From Camelus ferus (Eukaryota): a DNA stretch of 64,000 nt. The DNA is taken from contig NC_045697.1 of assembly GCF_009834535.1 (NCBI RefSeq), forward strand, positions 4,218,001 through 4,282,000, written 5' to 3'. Position numbers and translations under genes: made by a program. Positions 11,193 to 25,300 of the stretch are shown piece after piece; the first letter of the stretch is position 1; each line of letters begins with the position of its first letter. The notes below the pieces were generated by a model. The model worked only from the letters and a program-made list of their open reading frames with translations, searched no databases and was not told the DNA's origin.

Positions 11193-13949
11193 GTCCCTGG
11201 GTACACTGGAAAGTTGTAGAGTTGCAGAATTTCTGGTTTCCTGATCCAGCTGCTACCGCCCACTTTATAAACCAAGCACCAGAGCCAGGGTCAGACAGCA
11301 AGGTGGTGGCCAGTGGGGAGGGAGCTGGGTCCCAGACTCCCACTCCAGTGTGACGGTGATGGAGGTGAAGTGGCAGAGTGTAGCCCCTCAAACAAGGGGT
11401 GGTTGTGTTTTTAACCCCCCAGAACCAGAGGAGAAGGTTCCGAGCTGAGAGAGCATCACCTGGTCCCTGAGGGTGACAGCAGTGGCTTCCAGGAACCGGG
11501 CCCCCAGCAGCCTCACCTGTGTTCAGCGTTTTCTGTAAACTTCACATGCTTGGTAACACACTTGAGTTGTGATTTAAGTGCAATCTCATTTCTGTCTGTT
11601 TTCCTTTAATCAAACGCAGCATCGGGGAGGAGGAGGGAGCACGGAGGAAGAGGAAGGATAGGAGTTATCTTTCTTGTCTCCAAACCATTTCCTGACGTGG
11701 GCTCTGCTCTGAGTTTCTGTCTCTGAGGCTCCGACCCCTCAGATGAACAGTCTGCCTGTTTAAGTGATGCAGGATCACTCTGGGACCCCGCCTCTTTTTA
11801 ATACCTTGCACCGAGAGCCACATCCCGGTGGATTTAATCATCCCACAGATGTGGGGATGCGCCTTCCTGCCGAGAGCGGTAATTGAAGTCCTCAAACCGC
11901 TCTGTGGTTCTAATTAGCTCACCGTGGCTCCTTCTGGCCCCAGTAGAATTTACAGCTCCTCTGCCTCCAGATTTACCAGCTGGTCCTAGAAGGTGTGAGT
12001 TAGTCAAAAGACAGCAGGAGGACACACGGATTTCCTTGACGGGCTGGTCTTTTTCAGAGGGTCATTGCAGGGCCTCGCAGAGGGGTGGCCTGTCTGCCTA
12101 CCCTCTGCTCCATTCCACTGCCATCCTCCACGGGGTGGGCGCCCCAGCCGTGCACACGCATTCCCCTTTCCACCTGCAACGCCTCCCCACCAGGAGTGGT
12201 CTGCTCCCGCTAACGTTACAGGTCTCAGCTCTGGTGCCTCCTCCTCCAGGAAGCCATCCCTGATCCCCTGGCGGGGCCCTCACAGTCCCCATGCCTCCGT
12301 TCATGGAAGCACTGGCCACACCATGTGGTGCTTGCTTATGTCTCTGACTCCACCTCGAGACTGGGAGCTCCTAAGGGCAAGGGCATCCGTGTCTGATTCA
12401 CCCTTGGCCCGGTGTGGTGGCCCAGCACAATCTGCTGAAATGGAAGGAAGGAAAAAGGAGACAAAGAAAAGGAGAGGAGAGAAAGCAGGACGGGAGGGAG
12501 GGCAGCAGCATTGTGCCCATTCTGCAGTGGAGAAGACTGAGAACATGCAACCAGGAAGTGGCCGAGCCAGGCGCCCCTCCTGCTGGCTTATCATGCTTTC
12601 CATCTTGAGTCTAAAGTAGCAAAGAGGAGTTTCTTGCTGATTTTGAGAAACAGGAACGGCTTTGATGAGGAGCCACGGGTAAAGCGGCTCATGTAGAGGG
12701 CTTGAAGTGAGGCGGGTGTGGGCGCAAAGCCCACCGCACCTGCCGCAGGACCTCGGGCGGGCATTGCAGCCTTCCAGCGTGGTCTCCTCATCCTTAAAGT
12801 GGAGGCCGAAGCCTCCCCTCCCTGGTTGCGGAGTGGACCAGACAGGATACAAGCAGGGAAATCGCTTCCCCTGTGTCACCATTTGCCCTCAGCAGCCCGG
12901 TGAGCCGCTTGACGTCCTCCATATCATTAATCCCAAGGTAGAGGGGCGGCCACCAAGGCACAGAGAGATTAAGTAAGTAGCCCAGAGTCACACAGCCAGT
13001 GAGCGTCAGGGCCAGGGCTGGAATGTGACCTAGGCATGTGGGGGGCACTTAAGTGGCAGCCACTACTGCCGTCATCCCCGACACCTTCAGCATCGTCATC
13101 CCCCAATGGCACGCCCCCTTGTAGAGTCTGCCATTTGAGCTTGTGACTTTCCTCTGTGAGCCTACCACAAGGGCACTTGGAGCTGATCTCTGGCCACCAC
13201 CCCATGGTTGTGGCCCCTGGAGCCACCTGGCTGAAGTCATGATGTTGGAGGGCTGTTGGGCTCACCATCCTACAGAGGGAAGTGGGGGCCTCAAGGCCAC
13301 CTCCAAGGGGATCTCAGGCCAGGACGTGCCAGAGCTTCGGGCTTGGCGTGTGTTGGGCCCAAGCTGCTGTTCCATGCTTTGGCCTTGCCCTTGGTCTCTG
13401 GGAGGCTGGATAGCTGCATCTTCCCATCCATAAGGGGTCTGGGATCAGAAGTCCGAGGTTTATGAAGATCACCATCCTAGCCAATGCATGAAAAAACTTA
13501 CAGGATGAGCACGTGTAAAAGTATTTACAACAGACACAGAGGTGAGGGAGACCGTCTGAGGCGGCTCCTGGTGGAGCTCAGAAACGGCGTTCGTGAAGCA
13601 TTGCCGCAGTGTCTACTTGTGGGGCTGCTTTGTAAAGCATCCTGACCGAGAGATGGAGAGAAAAGTCTTCACCCTGATCAGATTTTTCTAGAGGGCAGGT
13701 GAGCTGACTAATTTCTAACATGGTTAATAAACCAGATGTTGAATACACTTTTGGACTTGTTCTCACGGTGCAGAAGTTGTCTCTGTGATGGCAATGGTGC
13801 CTTTGCCCAGTTACTGATTTTCGTACTGACTGTGAGCCATTTGGCCAAAATGCGTTGGACACACCGCTACTTTTGACAGAGTGTCTATGTGAGTTGAGAC
13901 CCTTTCTCCCCTTGTGACATTCTCTGGGCCCCTCCCTGCTCAGCCTCCC

Positions 13950-14385
13950 TCCTACACAACTTGACTCTTAAAAGCAATTTCAGATCCCAAAGAGCTTCTG
14001 TGTATGTGGGCTGTATCCATCAATATTTACTGTATTAGAAATGAAAACTGAAACATTGAAAGATACTTATATATTAATTCATTTAACAATAGAAATAACA
14101 AACCCATTACATGTTAACATAAATAATTTTTTTTCTGAGAAACAACTATGTTTTCCAAAACAAAAAATATAGTGAGAGGAGTGGCACATCTGTAAATCTC
14201 TTTAACGTCTGGCTTTAGAGATGACAGCTGGATTCTCACGTCACCTTTTGCATTCAGTCTGTTGTGATATTTTGTTTGGCTGAAAGGAGGTCCAACATCC
14301 AGCCTCACACAGATACGTAGCTGGAAAAAGAAGAACCCAGTGAATGCCCAGGGTCCTTGGACCGCATCTAAGAACTGCTGGTTTA
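13950..14385. mobile_element. Charlie1/MER119-like hAT DNA transposon relic
   Basis: AT-rich block cccaaagagctt..tatgtggg..aaacccattacatgttaacataaataa..ttccaaaacaaaaaa..agtgagaggagtggca, ending gaactgctg. Confidence 0.7.
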
Positions 14386-15224
14386 GGTGGTCAGTGAACT
14401 CAAGATGAAGGCAGAGAGAAAGCATGTGACCCCCATGTCACTTCCTGTCTTGACAAGGAAACTCAGGATCTTAGAGCCCTGATGGCGTCCAGCCTGGAGA
14501 CAGACCAAGAGAGAAGTACCAGCAGTGACCGACTTCACTTCAGGCTCCCAACCAAAACCCTTTGGCTCAACTGTCCCCAGTGGCTTTATCCAGCTACAGA
14601 CTTCTGTCATCCAGCTGGACTGGACGTTTCTGGAAAAAGCCTGCATTTGACCTCATATCAGCTACCCACTGGTTTTCAAGCTGCACTGCTCTGTTGCCCA
14701 CCCCAGCCCCTAATGCCACCTCAACCTGGTCCTCACTGCCTTTTCCCACTGTTCCAAGCCTCAGCATCTGAGAGTGTCCTGGAAAGGGCTTTGTCCGTGG
14801 AGGAGGGAGGGCCGACCTGTGCTTCTCCCAGGGTCAGCTCAGGCTGCCCACGCTGGCTTCCGGCTTCCCATCGGCCACTGACAACCTTCCTGGGAAGGCA
14901 GGGCGATTATTCATTCATTCAACATGCAGTTAATGAGATCCTGACATGTGCCTGGCACAACACATTTCTCATGCCCGGGCCAGGGTGGCTCAGACCTCCT
15001 TGGACAGATCCAGATGAATTAGCAGCTTGATAAATATGAACGATCTCAGTTGATGAAAAATGCACCAAATGATTGTTTCCCTTCATGTAATTACTCGGGT
15101 GGTCGGCTGGCCCAGGGTGCCTTTAGGGGGTTAAATCAGCAGTTTGCTGGAGCCTTCAGAAGCAGGTGGGAGGCTGCCTCTGCTCTTTTCCCTTTTCCCC
15201 CTTCACTGCAAAGACTTTTAAAAA

Positions 15225-16818
15225 GATGTTATTCTGTGCAATAAACGGCATCTCCTTTAAGTGTGGAGTCCCATAGTTCTGACAGCTGCGGATGCTCATG
15301 AGACCACCACCAGAATTAAGATCAGAACATTTCCATCACCCCCGCCCAGATTTCCTTGTTCCATTGTGTGTCTGTCCCCTGCTCCGTTCCACGTCCCAGT
15401 GACCACTGATTTGCCTCTTGACAGTGTGTATTAGTTTGCACTTTCCAGAATTTCATGTAAGTGGAATAATAATACACGCCTTGCTTCTTTCATGCGGCAT
15501 ATTCATTTTGACATTCATCCTGTTGTTGAATGTATCGATGGTTTGCTCTTGTTCGTTGTTCCTGAGTAGCATTCCATTGTATGGGTCTGTCACGGTTGGT
15601 CCATTTACCTGTTGATGAACAGGTGATAACGGATGGTTTCCAGTTTTGAGCTACTGTGGGCGAAGCTGCTGTGTACACGTCTGTGTGTTTCTGGGCTTTC
15701 ATTGCTCTGGGTAAGGAGAATGGCTGCGACATGGGATAGGCATATGCTTAACTCGTAAGACGCTGCTAAGCTGTTTCCCAAAGGGAGGGTGTGGTTGTGC
15801 GTTCCCGCTGGCAATGAAGGTTTCTGGTTGCACCGCATCTTCACCAACTCGAGTATTATCAGTCTTAAATTTGAGCCTTTCTGAGGGGTACAGCCTGGGG
15901 TCTCACTCTGATTTTAACTTGCATTTCCCTGGTAACTAATTGGGCATCTTCCCATGTGTTTATTGGTCATTCATATATTTTGCTTTGAGAAGTGTCTGTT
16001 CAGTCTTTTGCCTGTTTTTTTGTTGTTGTTGTTGGGGGCAGGTAACTAGGTTTATGTATTTGTTTTAATGGAGGTACTGGGAATTGAACCCAGGACCTCA
16101 TGCATGCTAGGCAAGCGCTCTGCCACTGAGCTATATCCTCCCCACCGTTTTACCTGCTTTTAACTAGGTGGTTTGTGTTCTTACTATTGAGTTATATGAG
16201 AACCACATACAGTCTGGATACGAGCGATTTGTCAGATGTGCGAATTTGCGAATATTTTCTGTCATTCCATGCCTTGCCTTTCTGTTTTTATAATGGTTTC
16301 TTTCAATGAGCAAAAGTTTTAAATTTTTATAAAGTCCAGTTTTTGCATTTTTTTCCTTTTGTTGTCCATGTTTTTTATGTCTTGTCTAAGAAATCAAAGT
16401 TGCAAAGATTTTCTTCAGTATTTTTTCTGAAAGTTTTTTTAGTTTTAGCCTTTATATTTAGGTCTCACTTCAACATTTATATTTTGATGCATTTCAACAT
16501 AATTTTATATATGGTATAAGGTAAGGGTAGATGTTTATTTTTTCTCATGCATTTATTTATTTACTGGAAAGACCATCTTTTCCTCATTGAATTGCCTGAG
16601 TCCTTTTAACAGAAACCGATTGACCATGGATTTGGGGGTCTATTTCTGGATTCTCTGTTTGTTATATTGATCTATGTGTCTGTCTTTTTATCAATACCAC
16701 ACTGGCTTGATTGCTCTGGATTTATAGTAAGTCTTTAAATCAGATTGGCTAAGTCCTCCAACTTTGTTTTTTTGTTTTGTTTTGTTTTTTGTAAAATTGT
16801 TTTGGCTATTCTATGTCC
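15225..16818 (-). mobile_element. Old L1M LINE, 3' part (ORF2 end + 3' UTR), antisense
   Basis: T-rich, with L1 motifs agaacatttccatcacc, gagtagcattccattgtatgg, ttgcatttccctg, tgagaagtgtctgttca and tctatttctggattctct. No intact ORF. Confidence 0.85.
16019..16146 (-). mobile_element. tRNA-derived SINE (same family) nested in an old L1
   Basis: Homologous to the copy at 4617 (ggtactgggaattgaacccaggacctc...actgagctata). Degenerate TSD ttttgcctgtttt / ttttacctgcttt. Confidence 0.85.
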
Positions 16819-19800
16819 TGTTCTAATCCCAACACATGTTCACTCATTTAATCCTTATAACCCTCTGAAGCAGATGTGAGTGTGCAACCCATTTTACAGA
16901 TAAGGAAGCTGAGGTTCCAAGGGGATGAGTGACTTTCCTAGGTAACTTAGAGGCAGAAGTGAGGTTTGAGCCTGGGGCATCTGGCTGCAGCTTCCTGCCC
17001 CTAACCACTCGGTGGTACTGCCCTCTTTTTCGGGGTCTGCCCAGTCCCTGTGCAGACCTCCCCCCTGCACCTGTGAGGCTGCAAAGAGTTTATCAGTTTC
17101 CTTGTCCATCTTCCTCTAAGCCGTGGACTCCATGAAGACAGAGACTGCCTGGATACCCATCGCTGTGGCCCAGCCCCGGGTTCCTGTGCAGGGAGGATGT
17201 GTGGTGAATGTTGGGTGAAGGAATGGATGCGTGGGCAGATGAAGTCCATTCAGAAAGGGGTGCCAGTCAGCTCTGGCAGCTGGAGGGCCAGGCCTCTGCC
17301 CGCCCAAAACCTCGGCTGGGAGCTCCTGTCCTGATGAACAGGAGGAGGCAGAATCCTGCGGCCTGGGCTGGCAGAGGGGACGGAGAGGCTGCCGCTCTCC
17401 CAGGGACGTGGGGATCGCCGGGTGGAGGGCTGAGCCCGCCTCCAGGCTGGCCCGCACCTGCTGTTGAGACAGAGATACTTAATACGCTTCTACAAGAGAG
17501 GTGGGGAGAACAAAGGAGGGGAAAGGAGCCAGGGCCTGCAGACACCCCCTCCTGGCCAGCACAAGACAGGCTGGGGCCTGCGGGGCCTCTGCGAAGCTGC
17601 GGGAACAGGTGTCCCTCAGGAGGGCAGAATGAGAGCAGGGCGGCTGGAACTGGGTGCTGCTGTGCCCACGGTGTCTGATGCCCGTCTCCTCTGGCTCCCG
17701 TTCATCCTCCCTCTCTTCCTCCTCTGGCTCAAACCTAGGAGGTCAGTGGATGGGGAGGAGGCCCACTGTCACCTGGCTGTCCCTGAAGCCCCGTTCCCTC
17801 ACCCTGCATCCACAGCCTCAGACTCACGCAGCACCGAGAACATCACCCAGATTTTTTTCCCCCAGGCAGTAAAGTTGTGTTTTCTGAAGCCAGGCCCCGG
17901 CGTTCCCCACTGGGGTGATGGTGGCTCACAGCCGGGGACAAGCAGTGGGTCTGGTCCTGGCGTCTGCGAGGCTGGACCGGCCCGGGGTGGGGCTGCAAAG
18001 GAGGGCGAGGGTCCTGCTGATGAGTCATGGGGTTCCCAGGGGCCACGCTGCCCTCGGCCGGCCAGCAGTGGGTTTGTGGGAAGAGTCTCGCCCAGAGGCT
18101 GAAGGCTGGGGCTTAGTCCTGATTCGGGGTTCCTGCCAGTGTGAATCTGGGGTCTCCCCTTGCCCAGGGTGTGTTGGAGCTGCCTCATGTCAGGAATTGT
18201 GAGAGCTGGTTGATAAACCACGGGTGGCTTGAAGCCCCCAGACTCAGCGAACACTACAACTTAGGGTGTTTTCTCCCCCACCCCACCGCGAAGAGCCAGG
18301 CTCCGCTGTTCACCAGTGCACCGTAACCCTCCCTCTTGAAGCCTCAGTTTCCTCATCTGAAAATGGGGGCAAAGAATGCAGCCCCTTAAGTCTGCCCCAG
18401 TCTGTAACTGAGGTCCTGGGTGTGCGGCACTGGGGGTGGGTGCGGTGTGATGCCACATGTAAGGGCGGTCACCATGCTGACCGCCACTTACCTACTCAGC
18501 AGTGGCTGAATAACACGCTTGGGACGGAAGTTTGTGTCTCCAGGAAAGGAGCCCAGAAGCCACAGCAGACGGGGCAGAGGAGGCCTCCACACCTGCCTGG
18601 CCCCACAAGTCCCACCTGAGGGTGCCTCAGTTTGCTTATCTTTATAATGGCCACGAGGATCCTCGGGTGGGAAGGGGTGTTGGTGTGGTCGGGTGCAGGC
18701 AGGAGGCAAGGGGCAGGAGGCTGGAGGCTGGAGGCTGCAGCACCGTCAGTGTCCGTGGACATGCACGGCCATCCTGTGGGGGTGGGACCTGGGGCTGGAC
18801 TGTCCCACTTCAACATGTCAGGAGCACAGGCCCTGGAGCCCAGCCAGTGCAGAGAAGCTGCCAGCTCCCAGGCTGAGGATAAGTTCAACCCTTGAAGCCT
18901 CAGTTTCCCCAAGTGGAAATGGAAGAATGCCACAAACCCCTTGCACTGCTGTGGGTGGACACACACTGTGGGGGAGGCGCCTGGCTGGTGCCCAGCCCAT
19001 GGTGGGCTCCCAGCCAGTGTGACCCCCCCCAGACCCCAGCATCCCCCCCTGGGGACTCAGTGTGTCATCAGGATAGGAACATCTCCAAAGCCACTCCTTG
19101 TCCTCTGCCTGGTATTCTGAGCAGAAGGGTTGTGCCAGTGGCCTGGAGGCTGGAAAGGGGAGTCTTGGGGGAATTGGGACTCAGTCCCACCAGGGAGCCA
19201 GGCAGCCATTCTGGTGGCCTATGGAGCTCCCACCAGCGAACTGGGTCCCACAGAGACGGCAGCATCAAAATCAAGTGGGCCTCTGTGCTGGGCCCTGTGC
19301 TGAGCCTTTACCCACAGCATCCCATTTCACAGGCACCATCACGCCCATTTTATAGGTGAGGAAACTGAGCCTCCAAAGGTTGAGCTGACAGTGGTTCACA
19401 GCCAGGGCAGACGTGGAGCGAATCCCACCCATCTGCCTGCCAAGCCCACCCCAGGGCGCCTCTGACGATGGGACTATACTGCTGTTCCAGCCCCTCTCGT
19501 GGGGGTGCCCTGGACACTGTCATCCCTTACCAGACTGTCACTCAGAGACTGAGACATGGGACCTTGCAAGAGGAAAGGGGAGGAAAAGCAGGCTGGCTGT
19601 GTGTGCACAACGAGCAGTGTTCACTGTCCCCCACGGGACACAGGACAGGCCAGTGGGTGAAGGGGCTGCCAGGTGCCCATCTGGGCCCCTTCTCAGTTCC
19701 CGTTGCCTGGCGTGGGGTCTCACACTTGGTCGGGGCTCAGTAAATACTTGTCGAGTAAATAACTGGCTCTGTTGAGGTGCCTAAAGGGTGCGGGTCATGC

Positions 19801-21534
19801 TGGGAGTGGAGAGACAGGGCCCCGAGGTCAGTGGGAGCCATAGAAGGCTCTAGGGAGGGTTGCGGTGGATGAGCTTCCAGTTTCAACAGCGTCCCTCTGG
19901 CACAGGGGTGGCCCAGGCCAGGACAAAGGCAGAAGACCCAAAGGGGAGGCAGCCACAATCATCCAGGAGAGAAGGGACGATGGCCTAGGCCGGGGCAGAG
20001 GCAGGAGAGGCAGACAGAGGGCCCGGCCAGCTGTGCTAACCATGACCTCAGCACCCAGCTCGATGCCTGAGCCCCGTCTCCTGACCTGGAACAGATACAG
20101 GCCTGCCTGGTGAAGGGTCAGATGACACGCTGATGGGGTGGGGCCTGAAAGATGGGTTCTTGTCACAGATCCATTTGGCCGCCTGCTGGTTGGGGTCTGA
20201 GGAACCAGTCCAGCCTGAGCAGAGAAGACGGGGCCCGGGGCCCCAGGTGCTGGGAGGACAGAAGCCGTCCCGGCCAGCTGGCTGGGCCCAGACACTAGCA
20301 GTCAGTCTGCGTCAGCATCAGGCCTCTGCCCTCCTCACGGCGGGCTCCTCACGCGGCACGGGAAAGCACATTACAGTTTGCAGAGCCCTCCAGCGAGGGC
20401 AGCTCTTACAGTCACCCTCGCACAGATGGGGAAACTGAGGGGGAAAATGGCAGCCCGAACAGGGTGGGATTCAAAGCCAGGTCCCCCCAGCAGCTAACTC
20501 TCCAGCTCTTAAAGCCCCCCTCTCTCATTTATGCTTCCTTTCCCCACTGTCTTTCAATATCCAGACAGTTCTAATTTGGTTCATATGTGTAATAATAATA
20601 TAGTACTAATCACAGCTAACAATTTCTGAGCAGTTTCTTGTTGCCTCATTAAATCCTCACGATCAACCCTGAGATGACAGTATTGTATCCATTTTAAAGA
20701 TCAGGAAACTGAGGCACAAAAAATGTCTGTAACTTGCTGAGAATCAAGCAGCCCCACTAAAGTAGGGCTCTCTCACTCCCAAACCTCTTAGCACTCTACC
20801 AGGGGCTCTCAAACCCAGTGCATCCCTAAAGAACCCTCAAAATGCAGATTCCAGGTGCCAGGAATTCTGATCTGGAGGATCTGGGCAGAGCCGCCCCTGG
20901 GCACCCTCTTTAGGAGAGAATCCCGGGAAATTGTGCTGTGGGGCTTTCAGGAGCTTGTGCTTTGAGCAAGCAGGCAGGAAGTGAGTGGTCTTCTCTTGGT
21001 CTCCCTCGCCTTGATCCTGTCCGGAGGCCAACTGGCCATTTGACAGGGTCTGACTGAGGGCTGGTCCCTGGAGGGCTCTGCCGCAGTCAGCCCTGGGGAG
21101 TCACCCCTGCTGTGCACATGATCCAGCCTGGCTGAGCATCAGACCCAGCAGGCTGACCGGGTCCTGCTGACTGCAGACAAATCCACAGCTGCCTTGTCCC
21201 TTGCTCTCCAAGCCCATCTGCCTCTGCGCCACCCGGGCCGACAGCCACTCAGCAAGGGCCCATCTGGGCTGGCAGGGAGGAGCTGACCGCTGCGGCCTGT
21301 GGCCTTGCTCCCACCCTGACCCTCCCAGAGCGCCCGCCGTAGGGGCAGTGCTGTCCCACCCTCCCTCCAGCTCCTGCAGTAGCCTCTCGGCAGAGCTGGG
21401 AGCAACCACGGGTCAGGGGACCAGGGACACTGGGCCATTCATAGGGGCTCCCAACTTCTCTCCACCCAAGCCCTCTTCTGGGGCCTGGGTTTCTACTTGA
21501 AGAGCATGAGACCTGTCTTTAAAACCATCATGAT

Positions 21535-21915
21535 CACTGTGGAATATGATTCAGCCGGGAAAAGGATGGAAGTTCCGATTCAGGTGACATGGATGGACCT
21601 TGAAAACATGATGCTGAGTGAAAGAAGCCAGACGCGAAAGGCCACACACTGTACGATTCCATTTATGTGAAATGTCCAGAACTGGCAAATCCTTAGAGAC
21701 AGAAAATAGATGAGTGGTTGCCAGAGGCTGGTGGGTGGAGGGATGGGGAATGCCTGCTAGCAGGTGTGGGGTTTCTGTATGGGGTGCTGGGGAAGTTCTG
21801 AAATAGGTCAGGGTGATGGGTGCATAACACAGTGAATATACTAAAACCCCCTGAAATGGTGAATTTTATGGTATCTGAATTCCATCTCAATTTTTTAAAT
21901 TCTAAAATAAAAACA
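21535..21915 (+). mobile_element. L1MB-type LINE 3' end
   Basis: acatggatggaccttgaaaacatgatgctgagtgaaagaagccagac...gattccatttatgtgaaatgtccagaa...gtggttgccagaggctg, followed by an A-rich end. Confidence 0.85.
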
Positions 21916-22744
21916 ACAAAATCATTGTGATGTCAATGCCTCTCCTAACAGACGAGGAAGCAGAGTGAGGCCCAGAGAGGGAAACCGCATCAAGTAAGTG
22001 AGGGCAGGGGTGAGACGGCGCTCTGCCCCCAACCCCCACACCTGCCTGGCGAGCATCTGCTTCTCCGGTGTTTACTTAACGAACCTTTCCCAACAGCCGC
22101 TCGCGTGCGAGGTCCTGGACAGGCCACAAGAGGGACTATGCCTGCCCCTAGCAAAGCTTACCAGTGTTGCCAGGAGACACCATTAGTGAGAGACGCACAT
22201 AAGGATAGGAGTGTTAAACGCACATCAGATCATGGCTCCCCAGCTCAGAATGCTACGTGGGTCCTTCTTTCACTTAAATAAAAGCCCAAGTTCTTCTTTG
22301 CAAGGCCCAGGGACCTGGCCAACCCACCCACTGAGCTCATGTCCTGCCTCTGTCACCTGCATACACCCACTGCCCTCCTTGCTGACCAACAACAGATTAA
22401 ACTCTCTCCTACCACAGGGCCTTTGCACACGCTGTGCCCCCAGATATCTGTGTGGCTCCCTCCCTTCTCTTTAGATCTCTGATCAAATGCCCCTCCTCCA
22501 GGAAGTCTTCCCTGACTGCCCTAACTAAAACAGCACCTCCAGCTCTCCCATCCTTTATCATACTTCAATTTTTATCTTAGCTCTTATCTCCTCCCCAGAA
22601 AAATAATACATATACATTTTTCATATATATATGAAAATTTGCTGATTGTCTGTCTTCTCCATAGAGAGTAAGCTACTTGTGGAAAGTATGCACTGCTGAG
22701 TTCCCAGTGTATGCAGCAGGGTGTGATACAGTAGGTCCTCAATT

Positions 22745-22910
22745 TTTTTAAGTTAAACTTCTGATTGCAGTAAAATATACATAAAATAAAATTTCCAACT
22801 TTATATTCAAGTGTACAATCCAGTGGAATAACCATTCCCAGTGCTGTGCAGTCATCACCAGTTTCCATTTCCAGAACCTTTTCATCATCCCAAACAGAAA
22901 CTCTGTACCT
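22745..22910 (-). mobile_element. L1MB-type 3' terminal fragment
   Basis: ttcaagtgtacaatccagtgg...catcaccagtttccatttccagaaccttttcatcatcccaaacagaaactctgtac. Confidence 0.7.
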
Positions 22911-24794
22911 TATTTTTTGAGTCATTTTTCCAACAGTCCACATCAAAAACATCCAACTCTAGCCAACATTTTCCCTTTAAATGGTAACTTAAACCACAAC
23001 TCCCCATTATTATTCTTTTGAATGAATAAGTCAGCAGTGAGCAGATTGCCTGGGCACCTGCCATGTGCTCAGTGATATGCAGATAAACCCTCCAGCAGCC
23101 TTGGAGGGTGTGTGTGGCCATCTCTATTTCACAGACGATCATATCGACTCAGAGAGGTGGAGTGTCTTGCCAGTAAGACTGGGATTCGAACACAGGTCAC
23201 CCCCCTTTCCAGGCAGTGCCAGTACCAGAGAATAACGACGCTGTAAGGACATAACCTCCACCAGCCGCAGGCCCACCGGCTCCTCCCCACCTAGGCTGCC
23301 CTTTCCTGTCCCTCTCCCCAAAGGTCATTTTTTGAGCCAGACACTCCCAGCATCCTCAGCTCTGACCACCAGTAAACAGGCACATTTGGGGACCACAATT
23401 CAAGGTTCCAACATTCCATTTTACCTGGAGCTCTTGGGATAATTAAATTATTTTTCAGCCTTTAAAATTAATCAATACTTTCTAAAGGTTTACGTGATTT
23501 ACCATCCCTGGGGTCTCCTGCTGGGCTGTGTTTCCCTCTCACGAAGCTGGCTTAATGGAGGTGCTGCTGGGTCCAGGGCTCACCCGGATGGCCTTTGTGG
23601 GACACGGACAGGGTGGAATGAGGCACCATGGGCGAGTTTCCAGCACAGCACCTAGCCCTCAGGGCTCTAGATCTGTGTTCCCATCCCCTTGCGTCCTCAG
23701 AACAGGAAGAGGTGTGACTTTAGATGGGAGCCGACCTGCCCAGGGTCGCCACTCAGAAAGAGGTGGGCTGGGGGCCTGACCCCAGGTGTGGGCTGGGGCC
23801 ACAGCTCCTGTGCGATTCCAGAAGACATCATGACCAACCCCGTCTTCCACCTGGGGGGCACCTGGGGATGGACACCCCCTTCCTGCCCCTCACAGGCAGA
23901 GCCCGGAGTCCTGGGTGGGAGGTGGTGGCTGGGACCCGCTCCACACAAACCCTTCCAGACCTCTCAGCAGCCCCTTCACATCTTCCAGCCAAGTGACCCA
24001 GGCACTGTCCAGGGAGACCTGCTGTGGCCCGGCCACAGCATCCCAGCTCTCCCAGCCCAGCCTCTGACCCCAGCCCAGGAGCTGCCCTCACTCTCCACCA
24101 AGTTCACGCTGCAGGATGAACTTCTCACCAGACCTGCTTGGGAGTCGGTGGGTGAGAGGGACAAAATGTAGGTGTTCTGCAGCAGCAATGTGACCATTTC
24201 CCCCAGCTGGTGCCGGCAGCCACAGCGAGCCAGGTGCTCGCCCCAGGTGAGAGCAGAGGTGCATGTCAGGTGTGGACCATGAGCTCAGCGCCTTTGTGGT
24301 CTCGTCTCCACCCTTGTCTTCATCAGACCTCAGGGAGATGGTCTTCCTGCCCTGGGGTAGGATTCAGGCAGGGCCACACCTTTCTTATCACCCTCGGAGA
24401 GCGAAGTGGCCTTTTGTCACACATCCACCATGAATGTCCAGTCCCAGGTAACAGTCCAGACTCGAGCGAGACGTGGCATTTCCCCTCCTGTGCCCCTACA
24501 CCAGGGCCTGCTCGTGCTGGAGGCTGGTGCGGGGGAAGGACCCGGGGTCCTGCGGCTTCTGCCTGCCCCCTCCCCACTCTGATTGGCTGCGAGGCTGCTT
24601 GGGGCAACCCTGTTCTGGGTGGGCCTGGCAGGTGGATACAGCTGGCCGTTTCTCTCTTGGGTCCTTTGCTGGGAGGTATGGAAGTTCCCTGCCAAGCCTC
24701 CTCCAGCAGAGCCGCTGACCTGGGCAGTCACAGCTGCACGTTCAGCGGTTTTCCTCAGCCCCTGGGCACAGTGGCCTCTCTGCTGCGGTCTCAG

Positions 24795-25300
24795 CTCCCT
24801 GGAGAGCCAGCAGACCGCACTAGGCAAAGCTCGGTGGCTTCAAACAATGAGCACACGCTTTTGCCCGAGTCTGTGGGTCAGCCGGGCGTCTCCTCGCGGA
24901 TTGGCGGTGCTCGCTGTCCGGTGTGGTCGCTGTGGGTCAGGCAGGTGTGTCTGCTGTGTTTGCTGGGCTCGCTGCCGTGTTCCGGGATGGACTTGCTGTG
25001 GACTAGCTTAGGATGGCCTCAGCTGCCTAGCTCGTCCACGCCCGCATGGTCTCTCATCGTCCAGCAGCCTAGCCTGGGGTGGCCGCCGTGGAAGGAGCAG
25101 GGCTTTGAGGGAGAGCGAAAGCTGAAGGCCTGTGAGGCCTAGGCTTGGGCCAGCACTTCCTCTGCATCCTGTTGGCCAAAGACAGTCACAGGCCCGTGCG
25201 GTGTTAAGGATGGGCCAACGGTCTCCATTTCTGGATGGGAGGGGCCGAGAAGTCACGTTGTAGAGGATGTGGATACAGGAAGCCACCGACAGGGCATCAA
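24795..25300 (-). mobile_element. Old MaLR LTR (MLT1H-like)
   Basis: ctcggtggcttcaaacaa..gagtctgtgggtcag..ggatggcctca..tggtctctcatcgtccagcagcctagcctggg..cacttcctctgcatcctgttggccaaag. Confidence 0.6.

Noticed and set aside
17828..17848. Second RE1-like motif (CAGCACCGAGAACATCACC), plus half-site GGCGCTGTCC at 47314
   Set aside because: Mismatches in the GGACAG core or a missing partner half; much weaker than the 49782 site.
24210..25142. 310-aa ORF
   Set aside because: No ATG start, low-complexity Pro/Gly/Ser composition, overlaps an old MLT1 LTR and has no recognisable domain; expected in GC-rich intron.
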